Shown: positions 18,745 through 28,307 of the stretch, one piece after another
How positions within the stretch are numbered: position 1 is the first letter of the stretch
Layout of the letters: every line of letters begins with the position of its first letter
Assembly: GCA_021796545.1 (NCBI GenBank)
Contig: JAKABX010000003.1
Coordinates: 1 to 51,946, forward strand
DNA length: 51,946 nt
Reading direction: 5' to 3'
Origin: Actinomycetes bacterium
GTDB lineage: Bacteria > Actinomycetota > Acidimicrobiia > Acidimicrobiales > Bog-793
Notes under the pieces: model-generated
Database searches by the model: none
What the model saw: only the letters and a program-made list of their open reading frames with translations
What the model was told of the DNA's origin: nothing
Position numbers and translations under genes: made by a program

Positions 18745-19914
18745 TTGCCAAGCTTCAGGGACATACTCTCCCAGGTACGTGCCGAGATCCGCGAGGTCGA
18801 CCCGGTCGAGGCGGAGGCGATGCTCGCGGGCGCGGCGCTCCTCGACGTGCGTGAGGCCGACGAGTACGCGCAGGGCGCGATCCCCGGCGCCATCCACCTC
18901 CCCCGCGGCTCCCTCGAGCTCCAGGTCGAGAGCCGCCTTCCGGACAAGGACCGGCCCGTCGTCATCTACTGCGCCGGCGGGGTGCGCTCCGCCCTCGCGG
19001 CCAAGGCGCTCCAGGACCTCGGCTATGTGGACGTTGTCTCCATGGCGGGCGGCTTCAACCGCTGGAAGGACGAGGGCCGCAGCTGGGGTGCGCCCCGCGT
19101 GCTCGATGCCGACCAGCGAAACCGCTACCACCGCCACCTCCTCCTCCCCGAGATCGGTGAGGCCGGCCAGCAGCGCCTGCTCGACTCGAGGGTCCTTCTC
19201 CTCGGTGCGGGCGGTCTCGGTTCGCCCGCGGCGCTGTACCTCGCGGCGGCGGGCGTCGGGACCCTCGGGATCGTCGACATGGACGTCGTCGACGCCTCGA
19301 ACCTGCAGCGCCAGGTGCTGCACAACATCGACCGCATCGGCGAGCGCAAGGTCGACTCGGCCAAGAAGACCCTCGTCGCGCTCAACCCCGACGTCAACGT
19401 GGTCACCCACGACGTGCGCGTCGGCGCCGACAACATCGTCGAGCTGTTCGAGGGCTACGACCTCGTCGTCGACGGCACGGACAACTTCCCGACGCGCTAC
19501 CTCGTCAACGACGCCTCCCTGCTCACCCGCACGCCCGTCGTGCACGGGTCGATCTTCCGCTTCGAGGGCCAGGTCACGGTCTTCAAGCCCTACGACAGCG
19601 CGTGCTACCGCTGCCTCGTCCCCGAGCCGCCGCCACCCGAGCTCGCCCCGAGCTGTGCAGAGGCCGGCGTGCTCGGCGTGCTCTGCGGCATCATCGGCTC
19701 GCTCGAGGCGGTCGAGGCCGTGAAGGTCCTGCTCGGCCTCGGCGAGTCGCTGGCGGGGCGCCTCATGGCCTACGACGCGCTCGAGCAGTCGTTCCGCACC
19801 TTCAAGGTCCGGCGCGACCCGTCCTGCCCGGCGTGCGGGGACAACGCCGGCCCTATCGTGATCGCCGAGTACGACCAGCTCTGCATGCCCCACGCGCTCG
19901 TCCCGGCCAGCTGA
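18745..19914 (+). CDS. moeB: Rhodanese-MoeB/ThiF fusion (MoeZ-like sulfur-carrier adenylyltransferase)
   Basis: LDVRE...YCAGGVRS rhodanese domain, then RYHRH, GAGGLGSP, SNLQRQ, DGTDNFPTRY, CYRC, SCAEAGVLG, CPAC; TTG start after GGAAGGAAGG. Confidence 0.92.
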   Translation: MPSFRDILSQVRAEIREVDPVEAEAMLAGAALLDVREADEYAQGAIPGAIHLPRGSLELQVESRLPDKDRPVVIYCAGGVRSALAAKALQDLGYVDVVSMAGGFNRWKDEGRSWGAPRVLDADQRNRYHRHLLLPEIGEAGQQRLLDSRVLLLGAGGLGSPAALYLAAAGVGTLGIVDMDVVDASNLQRQVLHNIDRIGERKVDSAKKTLVALNPDVNVVTHDVRVGADNIVELFEGYDLVVDGTDNFPTRYLVNDASLLTRTPVVHGSIFRFEGQVTVFKPYDSACYRCLVPEPPPPELAPSCAEAGVLGVLCGIIGSLEAVEAVKVLLGLGESLAGRLMAYDALEQSFRTFKVRRDPSCPACGDNAGPIVIAEYDQLCMPHALVPAS

Positions 19915-19935
19915 GAGGCCACAGCGCCCAGACCG

Positions 19936-19978
19936 CAGCACGAGAGGCGCCCTCGGAGAGAGGGCGCCTCTCGTGCTG
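19936..19978 (+). terminator. Perfect 19-bp hairpin after moeB
   Basis: CAGCACGAGAGGCGCCCTC-ggaga-GAGGGCGCCTCTCGTGCTG, 21 nt after the stop. Confidence 0.75.
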
Positions 19979-20394
19979 AGCGACTCGCGCGTGCTTTTTT
20001 CGTGCCAGCCGGGCTTGCAGCGCCTGCGCCCCACCGCCGTGCCGAGTGGCGCCGCCTGCAACCGGGAGACGTCACCACTGCGCGTCGGCGCCTCTCGCGG
20101 AGGTTGGTGGCCGCCCGCCCCTTCCCGGTGCGCACCGAGACGGCCGCAGAGCGGTCGGAGCGCTCGGCGCCCGTGCTGAGATCGGCGTGGCCGGCGCCGG
20201 TCCCACCCCGGCCGTCCATGGAGCCCCAGCCGGCCGCATGCCGCCGGTCGTCACCGCCTGGGGGGGTGACGACGCCCGCGCGCTCTGGTGGCGGGCTGCG
20301 CAAGTCGACGTTCGAGCCGTCTTGTCCGCTCGGTCCCGGTGACGTCGTCGCGGGGCTCGCGGGCTGCGGCGCACGGCGTCGGCGGCAAGACGCG

Positions 20395-20434
20395 CCGGGG
20401 CGGGCCGCCGGCGACCGCCGGCGACCCGCCCCGG
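20395..20434 (-). terminator. GC-rich hairpin after the LIV-type operon
   Basis: 18-bp stem with a 4-nt loop; the single mismatch is a G-U pair when read on the minus strand. Confidence 0.65.
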
Positions 20435-20450
20435 TCGGGCGCAAGCGGGA

Positions 20451-21731
20451 CTAGCCCTCCTTGGCGACGACCGAGGCCAGCTGCCCCGGTGTCACGAAGC
20501 CGCGGGTGATGTTGTTCAGGTTCGCGTCGAACCCGACCATCTGGAAGCCGCTGAAGACGTTGTGGTACTTGTTGAAATCGTCGTTGCCCGAGGCGCCCTG
20601 GTAGTTGATCTTCTTACCCTGCTTGATCAGCCGGACGCACGCGGCGTAGGTGCCGCACTGGATCCCGGGCGGGTTCGAGACCTTTATGACGTCCTTCACC
20701 CAGACCTTCGGGTCCGTCGACTTCGCGTAGGTCATGGCGAGCGACGCGATGACGATCGAGTCGTACTCGTTGAACGTCGTGGGAAGGATGTTCTTGGTGT
20801 GCCACACCTTCTGGTAGTCGGCGAGGAAGTGGTTGAACGCCGCCCCCGACGGGGTCGCCGGGAGCGCCGCGGTCAGCTCCTTGGGTGCGGTCGGTCCGAA
20901 CGCCTTGGCGTAGGCGCCCTGAGGGGCTGACTGCAGATCGTCGCCGATCCAGGGTGTGTTCATGTACCCGAGCTGCTGTGCATCGGAGAACAACGTCGCA
21001 GCCGACTGGGAGTCCATCGAGTCGAAGATCACCTGCGGCTTGTTCGCGAAGGCCTGGGTGAGCTCCGTGCTGTAGGAGGACTGTCCCGGCGTGAGGACGA
21101 TGTTCGCGTCGATCGTGCCACCGAGCGCCTTGAACGCCTTCTCCAAGGGAGGCACGAACCCCTGGGAGTTCGCGGAGTTGTCGAAGATCAGCGATGCCGA
21201 CTTCCAGCCGTGGTGGATCGCGTAGTAGGCCATGGCGATCGCTTCGTTGGAGTCCGACGACGAGGTCCGGAAGACGAAGGGGTAGCGCATGTTGTCGAGG
21301 TTGGTGAGTCCACCAACCATGAAGTCGGCGACGTCGTTCGGTGCGAACTGGTTGATCACCGCCTCGATCGTCGGCGAGAAGGGCCCGACGACAAGGGTCG
21401 GATGCGACAAGAGCAGCTTGCGGAAGGCGGGGAGGGCGTCGACCGAGTCCGCGCCGTCGTCGACGTAGGAGCTCTTCCACTGATGCCCGAGGACGCCGCC
21501 GTTTCGGTTGACCTCGTAGATGCCGACTTTGACGCCGTGGGTTCCCCACTGCGAGAGCAGCGACTTGGTGCCCGTGAACGGGAACATGCCGCCGACCACG
21601 AGGGTCGACGATCCGGACTTGGCCTTGGTTGCCGCCGAGCTCACCGTTCCGAGCGCGCCCCCCAAGAGGGACGCCGCGGTCGCGGCGACGAGCCCTGCGG
21701 CGGCCCGCCGCCGCCATCTGGCTTTGGTCAT
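20451..21731 (-). CDS. HAAT/LIV-family ABC transporter substrate-binding protein
   Basis: Signal peptide, VNRNGGVLG, YPFVFRT, KINYQGASG; last gene of a livHMGF-like operon. Confidence 0.88.
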   Translation of the reverse strand: MTKARWRRRAAAGLVAATAASLLGGALGTVSSAATKAKSGSSTLVVGGMFPFTGTKSLLSQWGTHGVKVGIYEVNRNGGVLGHQWKSSYVDDGADSVDALPAFRKLLLSHPTLVVGPFSPTIEAVINQFAPNDVADFMVGGLTNLDNMRYPFVFRTSSSDSNEAIAMAYYAIHHGWKSASLIFDNSANSQGFVPPLEKAFKALGGTIDANIVLTPGQSSYSTELTQAFANKPQVIFDSMDSQSAATLFSDAQQLGYMNTPWIGDDLQSAPQGAYAKAFGPTAPKELTAALPATPSGAAFNHFLADYQKVWHTKNILPTTFNEYDSIVIASLAMTYAKSTDPKVWVKDVIKVSNPPGIQCGTYAACVRLIKQGKKINYQGASGNDDFNKYHNVFSGFQMVGFDANLNNITRGFVTPGQLASVVAKEG

Positions 21732-21807
21732 GAGGTTTTCCCCCTTCTTGTTGTTGGTCCTGCGGTTGTTGTGCGCGGTCCCGGGCCGGGGTGTCGCCCA
21801 GGCGTGC

Positions 21808-22521
21808 CTAGCTCGCGTGTGACCGGCCGAGGAAGATCGACGCGAGGTCCAGCCCGGCGATCTCGTCGGCTGCGCCGTGGACGTGGTTGCGCCCCGCGAC
21901 GAAGATGTGGACCTCGTCGGAGTGCTTCAGCGCGCGCTCCACGTTCTGCTCGACGACGAGGACGGCGGTGTTCAACTTCGCGATCCGGGCGATCTGGCTC
22001 CACACGACGTCGGTGTAGGCGGGCGAGAGGCCCGCCGTCGGCTCGTCGAGCATGATCACCGACGGATCGACCATGAGCGCGCGGGCGATCGCAAGGAGAT
22101 TCTGCTGGCCGCCGGAGAGGAACCCCGCCTTCTTCTCGACCGCTTTTTGCAGGTCGGTGAAGATGTCGAGGATCTCCTCCATGCGCGCTGCGGTATTGGC
22201 GCGGGACGCGAAGCCACCCACTTCGAGGTTCTCCCGCACGGTCAGGCGCTTGAAGACGTTGTCGTTCTGTGGCACGTAGACCAGGCCGTGGCGCGGGATG
22301 AGGTGGCCGGCCATGCGGGTGATGTCGACGTCGTTGACGACGATCCTTCCCGACGTCGGCCTCAGGATGCCGACGAGGGTCTTCGCGAAAGTCGACTTCC
22401 CGGCACCGTTCGGACCGATGATCGTCGTCACGCTGTTCAGCTCCGCGCTGAGCGTGATGTCGTTGATGATCGGTGAATGGCCGTATCCGGCCGTGACGTT
22501 CTCAGCGAGAAGTGCTGGCAT
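21808..22521 (-). CDS. LIV-type ABC ATP-binding protein (LivF-like)
   Basis: GPNGAGKST, LSGGQQ, MLDEPTAGLSP, VEQN. Confidence 0.92.
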   Translation of the reverse strand: MPALLAENVTAGYGHSPIINDITLSAELNSVTTIIGPNGAGKSTFAKTLVGILRPTSGRIVVNDVDITRMAGHLIPRHGLVYVPQNDNVFKRLTVRENLEVGGFASRANTAARMEEILDIFTDLQKAVEKKAGFLSGGQQNLLAIARALMVDPSVIMLDEPTAGLSPAYTDVVWSQIARIAKLNTAVLVVEQNVERALKHSDEVHIFVAGRNHVHGAADEIAGLDLASIFLGRSHAS

Positions 22522-23326
22522 CGATCACCTCACCGAGATAGGCCTTCACGACTTCGGTGTTCTGGCGCAACTCGCTCAACCTGCCGGTCGCGAGCGTCCG
22601 GCCCTCGGCGAGCACGATGACGTGGTCGCAGATCTTCTCGACGACGTTGAGGTTGTGCTCGATCATGAGGACCGTCACACCCGACGCCCGAAGATCGCGG
22701 ATGTGGTTGCCGATGCGGTCGATGAGGGCCGGGTTGACTCCCGCCATCGGCTCGTCGAGAAGCAGGATTCGCGGCGAGGCCATCACGGCGCGGGAGATCT
22801 CGAGCAGCTTCTTCTGCCCGCCGGAGAGGTCGCTCGCGCGGCTGTCGCGCAGGGGGTAGAGGCCGTAGGTGTCGAGGGTGTGCAGCGCCCGCTCGACGTT
22901 GTCGCGCTCCTCGCGCCGCACGCGACCGGGCCGGAAGAGCACGTTGAAAAGCGAATCCCCGGCCTGGTGGGCGGGGGCGACGAGAAGGTTCTCGAGCACG
23001 GTGAGGCCACCGAGTTCGCGCGAGAGCTGAAAGGTCCGCATCAGCCCGAGCCGGGCGATCTTGTGGCTCGGCCAGTTCGTCACCTCGGTCGACCCGATGA
23101 ATTCACGCCCCGCGTCGCAGGTCATCGAGCCAGACAAGATGTTGACGACGGTCGTCTTGCCCGCGCCGTTCGGCCCGATGAGGGCGGTGATCTGGCCCTC
23201 GGGCACCTCGAAGGCCGCGCCGTTGACAGCGTGGACGCCTTGGAAGGCCTTGGTGATCGCCTCGCAGCGCAGCGCAGCGGAGGACTCGAGCACGCCGAGG
23301 GGTCCAAGGAGGGGGAGCTCACTCAT
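22502..23326 (-). CDS. LIV-type ABC ATP-binding protein (LivG-like)
   Basis: GPNGAGKTT, RTFQ, LSGGQKKLLE, LLDEPMAGVNP, IEHN, VVKAYLG. Confidence 0.92.
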   Translation of the reverse strand: MSELPLLGPLGVLESSAALRCEAITKAFQGVHAVNGAAFEVPEGQITALIGPNGAGKTTVVNILSGSMTCDAGREFIGSTEVTNWPSHKIARLGLMRTFQLSRELGGLTVLENLLVAPAHQAGDSLFNVLFRPGRVRREERDNVERALHTLDTYGLYPLRDSRASDLSGGQKKLLEISRAVMASPRILLLDEPMAGVNPALIDRIGNHIRDLRASGVTVLMIEHNLNVVEKICDHVIVLAEGRTLATGRLSELRQNTEVVKAYLGEVIDASTSR

Positions 23327-24389
23327 TCGTCGCGCTCCTCGCCTGCAAGGTGCCGGGCTGCACAACAGGGCTCGGAGCAAGTGCGCTGAGCTCGTCGGGT
23401 GGGAGGTTCGCCTCGGCTCCGAGGTCGTCGCGCACGCCGAAGGTCGCGGCCCTGCGGAGGCGTTCAGGGACGATGCCCTGGGGACGAAACCAGAGCATCA
23501 CCATGAGCAGGACACCGATGATCACCGCGTCGAAGTACTCGATGAGGCCCGGATGCCCGGGGATGTCGGGCAGGAACGCCGGCAGGTGGACAAGGAGCGT
23601 CTCGACGACGAGAGATCCCATGAGCATGCCGATGTTGTTGCCGACTCCGCCGACGATGATGACCGCGAAGACGACGAAGGTCTCGCCCGGGAGCCAGGCC
23701 GTCGGGTTGAACGATCCGCTGAACTCCATGATCAGACCGCCGCCGATCCCCGCATAGAAAGAGCCGATCAGCATGGACTTCAGCTGGTTGCGGAAGACGT
23801 CCTTGCCGAGGGCGGCGGCGACGACGTCGTCGTCGCGGATCGCGCGCAGCGTCCGGCCGAGGGGGGAGCGCGTGACTCGGCCCATGACGAGCCACATCAC
23901 CACCGCGATCGCGCCCGTGACACCCGCGAAGAAGGGGATGAAGGAGTTTGTCGTGAGGTGCAGGACACCGGCGAACGGCTCGGGGACGTTGTAGAGGCCG
24001 TCGGCACCGTTGAAGAGCGGAACGTAGTTGTTGCACACGTCGTAGAGAACGAGCGACAGCGAGATGAGGACCATCGCGAGATAGTCAGTCCGCAGGCGCC
24101 TGAGCGAGATGAGCGCCACGATCACCGCGAACAGGCAGGCCGCGAGTCCCCCGAGAATGAGACCGAGCGGGAAGGGGAGCGACAGCCCGAGGATGTACTG
24201 CTGACCGGTCCCCACGGAGTTCGGCAGGGAGAAGGCGCCCGTGACGTAGGCGCCGATCGCGACGAAGCCGATGTAGGCGAAGTTCAAGATGCCCGTCTCG
24301 CCGTACTGGATGTTCAGCCCCATCGCCAGGATGAAGTAGTCGAACAGGAAGAAGACGAGGGTGAAGATGTAATACCAGATTCCCGACAT
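23319..24389 (-). CDS. LIV-type ABC permease (LivM-like)
   Basis: GLNIQYGETG, RLRTDYLAM, SPLGRTLRAIRDD. Confidence 0.9.
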   Translation of the reverse strand: MSGIWYYIFTLVFFLFDYFILAMGLNIQYGETGILNFAYIGFVAIGAYVTGAFSLPNSVGTGQQYILGLSLPFPLGLILGGLAACLFAVIVALISLRRLRTDYLAMVLISLSLVLYDVCNNYVPLFNGADGLYNVPEPFAGVLHLTTNSFIPFFAGVTGAIAVVMWLVMGRVTRSPLGRTLRAIRDDDVVAAALGKDVFRNQLKSMLIGSFYAGIGGGLIMEFSGSFNPTAWLPGETFVVFAVIIVGGVGNNIGMLMGSLVVETLLVHLPAFLPDIPGHPGLIEYFDAVIIGVLLMVMLWFRPQGIVPERLRRAATFGVRDDLGAEANLPPDELSALAPSPVVQPGTLQARSATNE

Positions 24390-24392
24390 CTC

Positions 24393-25271
24393 CTACGCCT
24401 TTCCCGGACGGGCGAAGAGGCCGCTCGGCCTGAGCAGCAGGGTGCAGATGAGGATGACGAAGGCGGTATCGAGCTTGTAGGCGGGATTGATGAAGGCGGC
24501 CGAGATCTCCGTCGCGAGGCCGATCAGCAGCGCGCCGGCCATTGCGCCGTAGATGCTGCCGACGCCACCGACGATGACGGCCGCGAAGATGACGAAGAGG
24601 AACAGCTCGCCCGAGGCGGGCGTGAGATTTCCCTCGGTGATGCCGAGTACCGTGCCCGAGACGCCCGCGAGCGTGCCGGACAGGAACCAGGTGATCGTCG
24701 TGATCGCCCTGGTGTCGATGCCGCTCGTCATGGCGAGCGTCGTGTTGTCCGCCATCGCACGCATTGACTTGCCAAGGCGCGTCGTCTTCAACATCGCATG
24801 GACCCCGAGCATGAGCGCGACGGCGATTGCCATGACGATGAGCTGGTAGCGGGTGAGAAGCAGCGGCCCTATGTGCATGACCTTCGCGAGGGGCATCTGG
24901 AAGAAGCGCACGTCGGCGCCCCAGATCGAGTACTCGAGGTTGAGCAGGATGAGGGACAGACCGAAGGTGACGATCAGCACGTAGAACGTCTTCTTGAAGC
25001 GCCGGGCGAAGGGGCTGAAGATCACGTGGTTGATGAGGACCGCGAAAACGCCCATCGCGAGCGAGCCGACGACGAGCGCGATCCAGATGTTGAGGTGGAA
25101 GACCTCGCTGTTCAGCACGTAGGTGAAGAACGCGCCGAGCGCCATGAAGTCGCCGTAGGCGAAGTTGATGTAGTTCGTGATGCCGAACTGCAGGCTCAGC
25201 CCGACCGCAGAGATCGCGAGCACCGACGCCGTGACGAATCCGAAGCCGACCGACTGCCAGAAGATCTGCAT
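24393..25271 (-). CDS. LIV-type ABC permease (LivH-like)
   Basis: INFAYGD, TRLGKSMRA, VIVGGVGSIYGA, LRPSGLF. Confidence 0.9.
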   Translation of the reverse strand: MQIFWQSVGFGFVTASVLAISAVGLSLQFGITNYINFAYGDFMALGAFFTYVLNSEVFHLNIWIALVVGSLAMGVFAVLINHVIFSPFARRFKKTFYVLIVTFGLSLILLNLEYSIWGADVRFFQMPLAKVMHIGPLLLTRYQLIVMAIAVALMLGVHAMLKTTRLGKSMRAMADNTTLAMTSGIDTRAITTITWFLSGTLAGVSGTVLGITEGNLTPASGELFLFVIFAAVIVGGVGSIYGAMAGALLIGLATEISAAFINPAYKLDTAFVILICTLLLRPSGLFARPGKA

Positions 25272-25484
25272 CGTCCCCCCTCTCGCACGCCCCGTGTCCG
25301 GGCGCGGCGCGCAGGCCGGTCGCTTCGGGCCGTGCCCCTCATCGACGTCTGTCCCGGGCGCGTCGCTCCGGTCCCGAGGACCCGGCGCCGTGCACGGTTC
25401 ACCCGTGCCGACCTCCCCCATGTGCGAGGCGAACGCTAAGGAGCGTGCCGGATTGAGAACAGGTTGTGACGAGTTGTGTGCGGC

Positions 25485-25520
25485 TTTTACGCGAATGCCG
25501 TGTTTTGCGCGTTTCGCTCA
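25485..25520. promoter_or_regulatory. Candidate response-regulator binding repeats in the divergent promoter
   Basis: 9-bp-phased imperfect repeats TTTTACGCG (25485), TTTTGCGCG (25503), TTTCGCTCA (25512), lying between a minus-strand TAGCGT (25433-25438) and a plus-strand TATCAT (25552-25557). Confidence 0.4.
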
Positions 25521-25577
25521 GTCCAGGGGGGCCGCGGACGCGGCGGCGCTGTATCATGCCGGCGGCGGGCGGGCGGC

Positions 25578-27293
25578 ATGACAAGGCTGCTCCCCAAGAA
25601 GACTCACGTTGGGGTGCGGTTGCCGCCGCGGGTGGAGTGTGAGCGCATCGGTTCGGGGGTGCCGGGCGTGCGTCGATTCCTTGGGCGTCGTTCCCTATCT
25701 GCGCAGGTCCTCGCGATCCAGAGCGCGGTGCTCGTGCTGACCCTGCTCGCGGGATTCTTCCTGGCCGTGTGGTACCAGGAGGGCCAGCTCGACCGCCAGT
25801 ACGAGCAGAGGGCGCTCGCGGTCGCGGAGACGGTCGCCTCGACCCCGTCGCTCGTGAGCGCCGTGGCCCACGGCGACCCGCACGGCGCCGTCCAGGAGAT
25901 GGCCCAGACGATTCGGCACGCAACCGGTGTCAGCTATGTCGTGGTGACCGATGCCCGGGGAATCCGACTCTCGCACCCCAACCCCGCGCTCATCGGTAAG
26001 CCCGTCTACGACGACACCGAACCGGCGTCGTCCGAGCCGTTCCGGACCGGCCGGGCGTGGGTCGGGATGCAGACCGGGACCCTCGGCGCGACCGCCAGGG
26101 GAAAGGTGCCGCTGTTCGGCCCCGGGCACCGGCTGATCGGCGAGGTCTCGGTGGGTATCCCGGTCGTCCAGGTGCGTGACTACCTCATCAGCGAGATCCC
26201 GTCCATCGCGGCCTACATGCTCGCCGCGCTCGGCGTGGGCGCCGCCTTGTCGCTGCTGCTGACGCGCCGGCTGAAGCGCCAGACGCTCGGTCTCGAGCTG
26301 GATGCGATCGCGGGCCTTTTCCAAGAGCGCGAGGCGATGCTGCACGGGATCCGCGAAGGCGTTCTCGGACTCGACACCCACAACCGTGTGCTGCTCGCGA
26401 ACGACGAGGCACGCTCGCTGCTCCAGCTGCCCGACAACTACCTCGGGCGGCCCCTCGCCGACCTGATTCCAGAAGGCCGGCTCACCGACGTGATCCTCGG
26501 GCGCGAGGAGGGGCCGGACCAGCTGATCGTGCTCGGTCACCGCGTCGTGATCGCGAACCGGATGCCGATCCACGCGCAGCACCGGGGGCGCCTGGGCTTC
26601 GTCGTGACGTTTCAGGATCGGACCGAGTCCGAAGGCCTCATGCGCGAGCTCGACGCCGTGCTCGGTCTCACCGAGGCGCTGCGCGCCCAGTCGCACGAGT
26701 TCTCGAACCGGCTGCACACCCTCGTCGGCCTGGTCGAGCTCGGTCACTACGACGAGGCGATCGCCTTCGTGACGGCCGTGTCGAGCTCGCGCAACGAACT
26801 GACCCAGTCGCTGCTCGGAACGCTCGCGGACCCGATGGTGGTCGCCTTGCTGCTCGCGAAGACCTCCGTCGCGCTCGAGCGCGGCGTCGATCTGCGGGTC
26901 ACGGCGGACCGCCACTTCGAAGGCGGCTTTCTCGAGGTCGGTGATCTGCTCACCGTTCTCGGCAACCTGATCGACAACGCGGTCGACGCAGCAGCCCCGG
27001 GGCAGGTACCGCGCTGGGTGGAGGTGGAGTTCACGACCTTTGGCGCCGACCTGCTCCTGCGCGTCAGCGACTCGGGTCCGGGTATCCGCGCTGCGGATCG
27101 CGAGTCGATCTTCCTCGACGGGTGGAGCACCAAGGACTCGCGCACCGGGGCGCGGCGCGGTCTCGGTCTCGCGCTGGTGCGCCAGACCGTCGAGCGCCGC
27201 GGCGGGTTCGTCGAGGTCGGTGGGCACGAGGGGGCCGTCTTCTCGGTCCTGCTTCCCGGGTGTGTCCGCGCCGCCCTCGCTCTTCCCCGGTGA
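25578..27293 (+). CDS. CitA/DcuS-family sensor histidine kinase
   Basis: Two TM segments flanking a Cache domain (GIRLSHPN, GTLG, RGKVP), PAS, LRAQSHEFSNRLH, GNLIDNA, DSGPG, RGLGL. Start uncertain (GTG 25668 is an alternative). Confidence 0.92.
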   Translation: MTRLLPKKTHVGVRLPPRVECERIGSGVPGVRRFLGRRSLSAQVLAIQSAVLVLTLLAGFFLAVWYQEGQLDRQYEQRALAVAETVASTPSLVSAVAHGDPHGAVQEMAQTIRHATGVSYVVVTDARGIRLSHPNPALIGKPVYDDTEPASSEPFRTGRAWVGMQTGTLGATARGKVPLFGPGHRLIGEVSVGIPVVQVRDYLISEIPSIAAYMLAALGVGAALSLLLTRRLKRQTLGLELDAIAGLFQEREAMLHGIREGVLGLDTHNRVLLANDEARSLLQLPDNYLGRPLADLIPEGRLTDVILGREEGPDQLIVLGHRVVIANRMPIHAQHRGRLGFVVTFQDRTESEGLMRELDAVLGLTEALRAQSHEFSNRLHTLVGLVELGHYDEAIAFVTAVSSSRNELTQSLLGTLADPMVVALLLAKTSVALERGVDLRVTADRHFEGGFLEVGDLLTVLGNLIDNAVDAAAPGQVPRWVEVEFTTFGADLLLRVSDSGPGIRAADRESIFLDGWSTKDSRTGARRGLGLALVRQTVERRGGFVEVGGHEGAVFSVLLPGCVRAALALPR

Positions 27294-27991
27294 TCCGCAC
27301 CCTCGTTGTCGACGACGACTTCCGTGTCGCGAGCATCCACGCGGCCTACGTCGAACGGGTTCCCGGCTTCGTCGTCGTCGGCAAGGTCCACTCGGCCCAG
27401 GCCCTCGCGCAGAGCATCGGCGCGCTCCACCCGGACCTCGTCCTGCTCGACCTCTACCTGCCCGACCACCACGGCCTTGACGTGCTCAAGCGGCTCCGCC
27501 AGCCCTCGAGCGCAGTGGCCGACGTCGACGTCATCGTCATCACCGCCGCGAACGACCCGGCAAGTGTGCGCGCCGCGATGCAGAGCGGGGCCTTGTACTA
27601 CCTGTTGAAGCCGTTCGGCTTCCCGGCGCTCGAGGAGAAGCTGCTCGCGTACCGGGAGATGCGCGCGCAGCTGCAGAAGCTGTCAGAGGCCGATCAGTCG
27701 AGCGTCGATCGGCTCTACACCGCCGTGCCGGGCGGCTCGCACGTCGCCGAGCGCGGTGCCGGCACGCCCCATACCCTCGTCGCGGTCGAAGACGTGCTCC
27801 TCGCGACGGGCGAAGAGCTCTCCGCCAGCGAGGTCGCCGCGCGCCTCGGCGTCAGCCGTGCGACGGCGCAGCGCTACCTCGCGAAGCTGGAAGCCCAGGG
27901 GCGGGTGACCGTGACGCTGCGCTACGGCTCGGCGGGTCGCCCCGAGAACCGCTACCGCCACGTGCGGCCAGGCGGCTCGGCGGCGCCGTAG
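27290..27991 (+). CDS. CitB/DcuR-family response regulator
   Basis: VVDDDFRVASIH, LLDLYLPD, YLLKPF, GVSRATAQRYL, RYGSAGRPE. Confidence 0.93.
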   Translation: MIRTLVVDDDFRVASIHAAYVERVPGFVVVGKVHSAQALAQSIGALHPDLVLLDLYLPDHHGLDVLKRLRQPSSAVADVDVIVITAANDPASVRAAMQSGALYYLLKPFGFPALEEKLLAYREMRAQLQKLSEADQSSVDRLYTAVPGGSHVAERGAGTPHTLVAVEDVLLATGEELSASEVAARLGVSRATAQRYLAKLEAQGRVTVTLRYGSAGRPENRYRHVRPGGSAAP

Positions 27992-28075
27992 CCCCAGGGT
28001 CAGCACCACCGCACCGGTCGCGGTGACGGCTGAGCGTCCACGGGTGGGCGTAGGCTGGCCGCGGAGGTGGTCGTC

Positions 28076-28294
28076 GTGGCGAACATCGAGCCTGCGGGGC
28101 ACAAGACGCCGGTGCGCGAGCGTCTCGTCCCGAGCGTCGTCACCTTCGTCGTCGCCGGGGTGGCCGTCTACGCGACGGCCTGGATCGCGATCGGGATCCT
28201 GCGCAGCATCGTCATGCCGATCCTCGCGGTGATCGTCGCTTGGGTGCTCGCCCGCGCGGTGTGGCGCCGCGGCGGCAAGTCGCCCTCGCCGTGA
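28076..28294 (+). CDS. Small two-TM membrane protein
   Basis: GGAGG RBS at 28063; two hydrophobic segments and a basic C-terminus. Confidence 0.6.
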   Translation: MANIEPAGHKTPVRERLVPSVVTFVVAGVAVYATAWIAIGILRSIVMPILAVIVAWVLARAVWRRGGKSPSP

Positions 28295-28307
28295 GGGGCG
28301 CGCCGCT

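Noticed and set aside
25463-25480. CRP/GlxR site at TGTGA
   Set aside because: Only one half-site; the second half (GTGTG) does not match TCACA.
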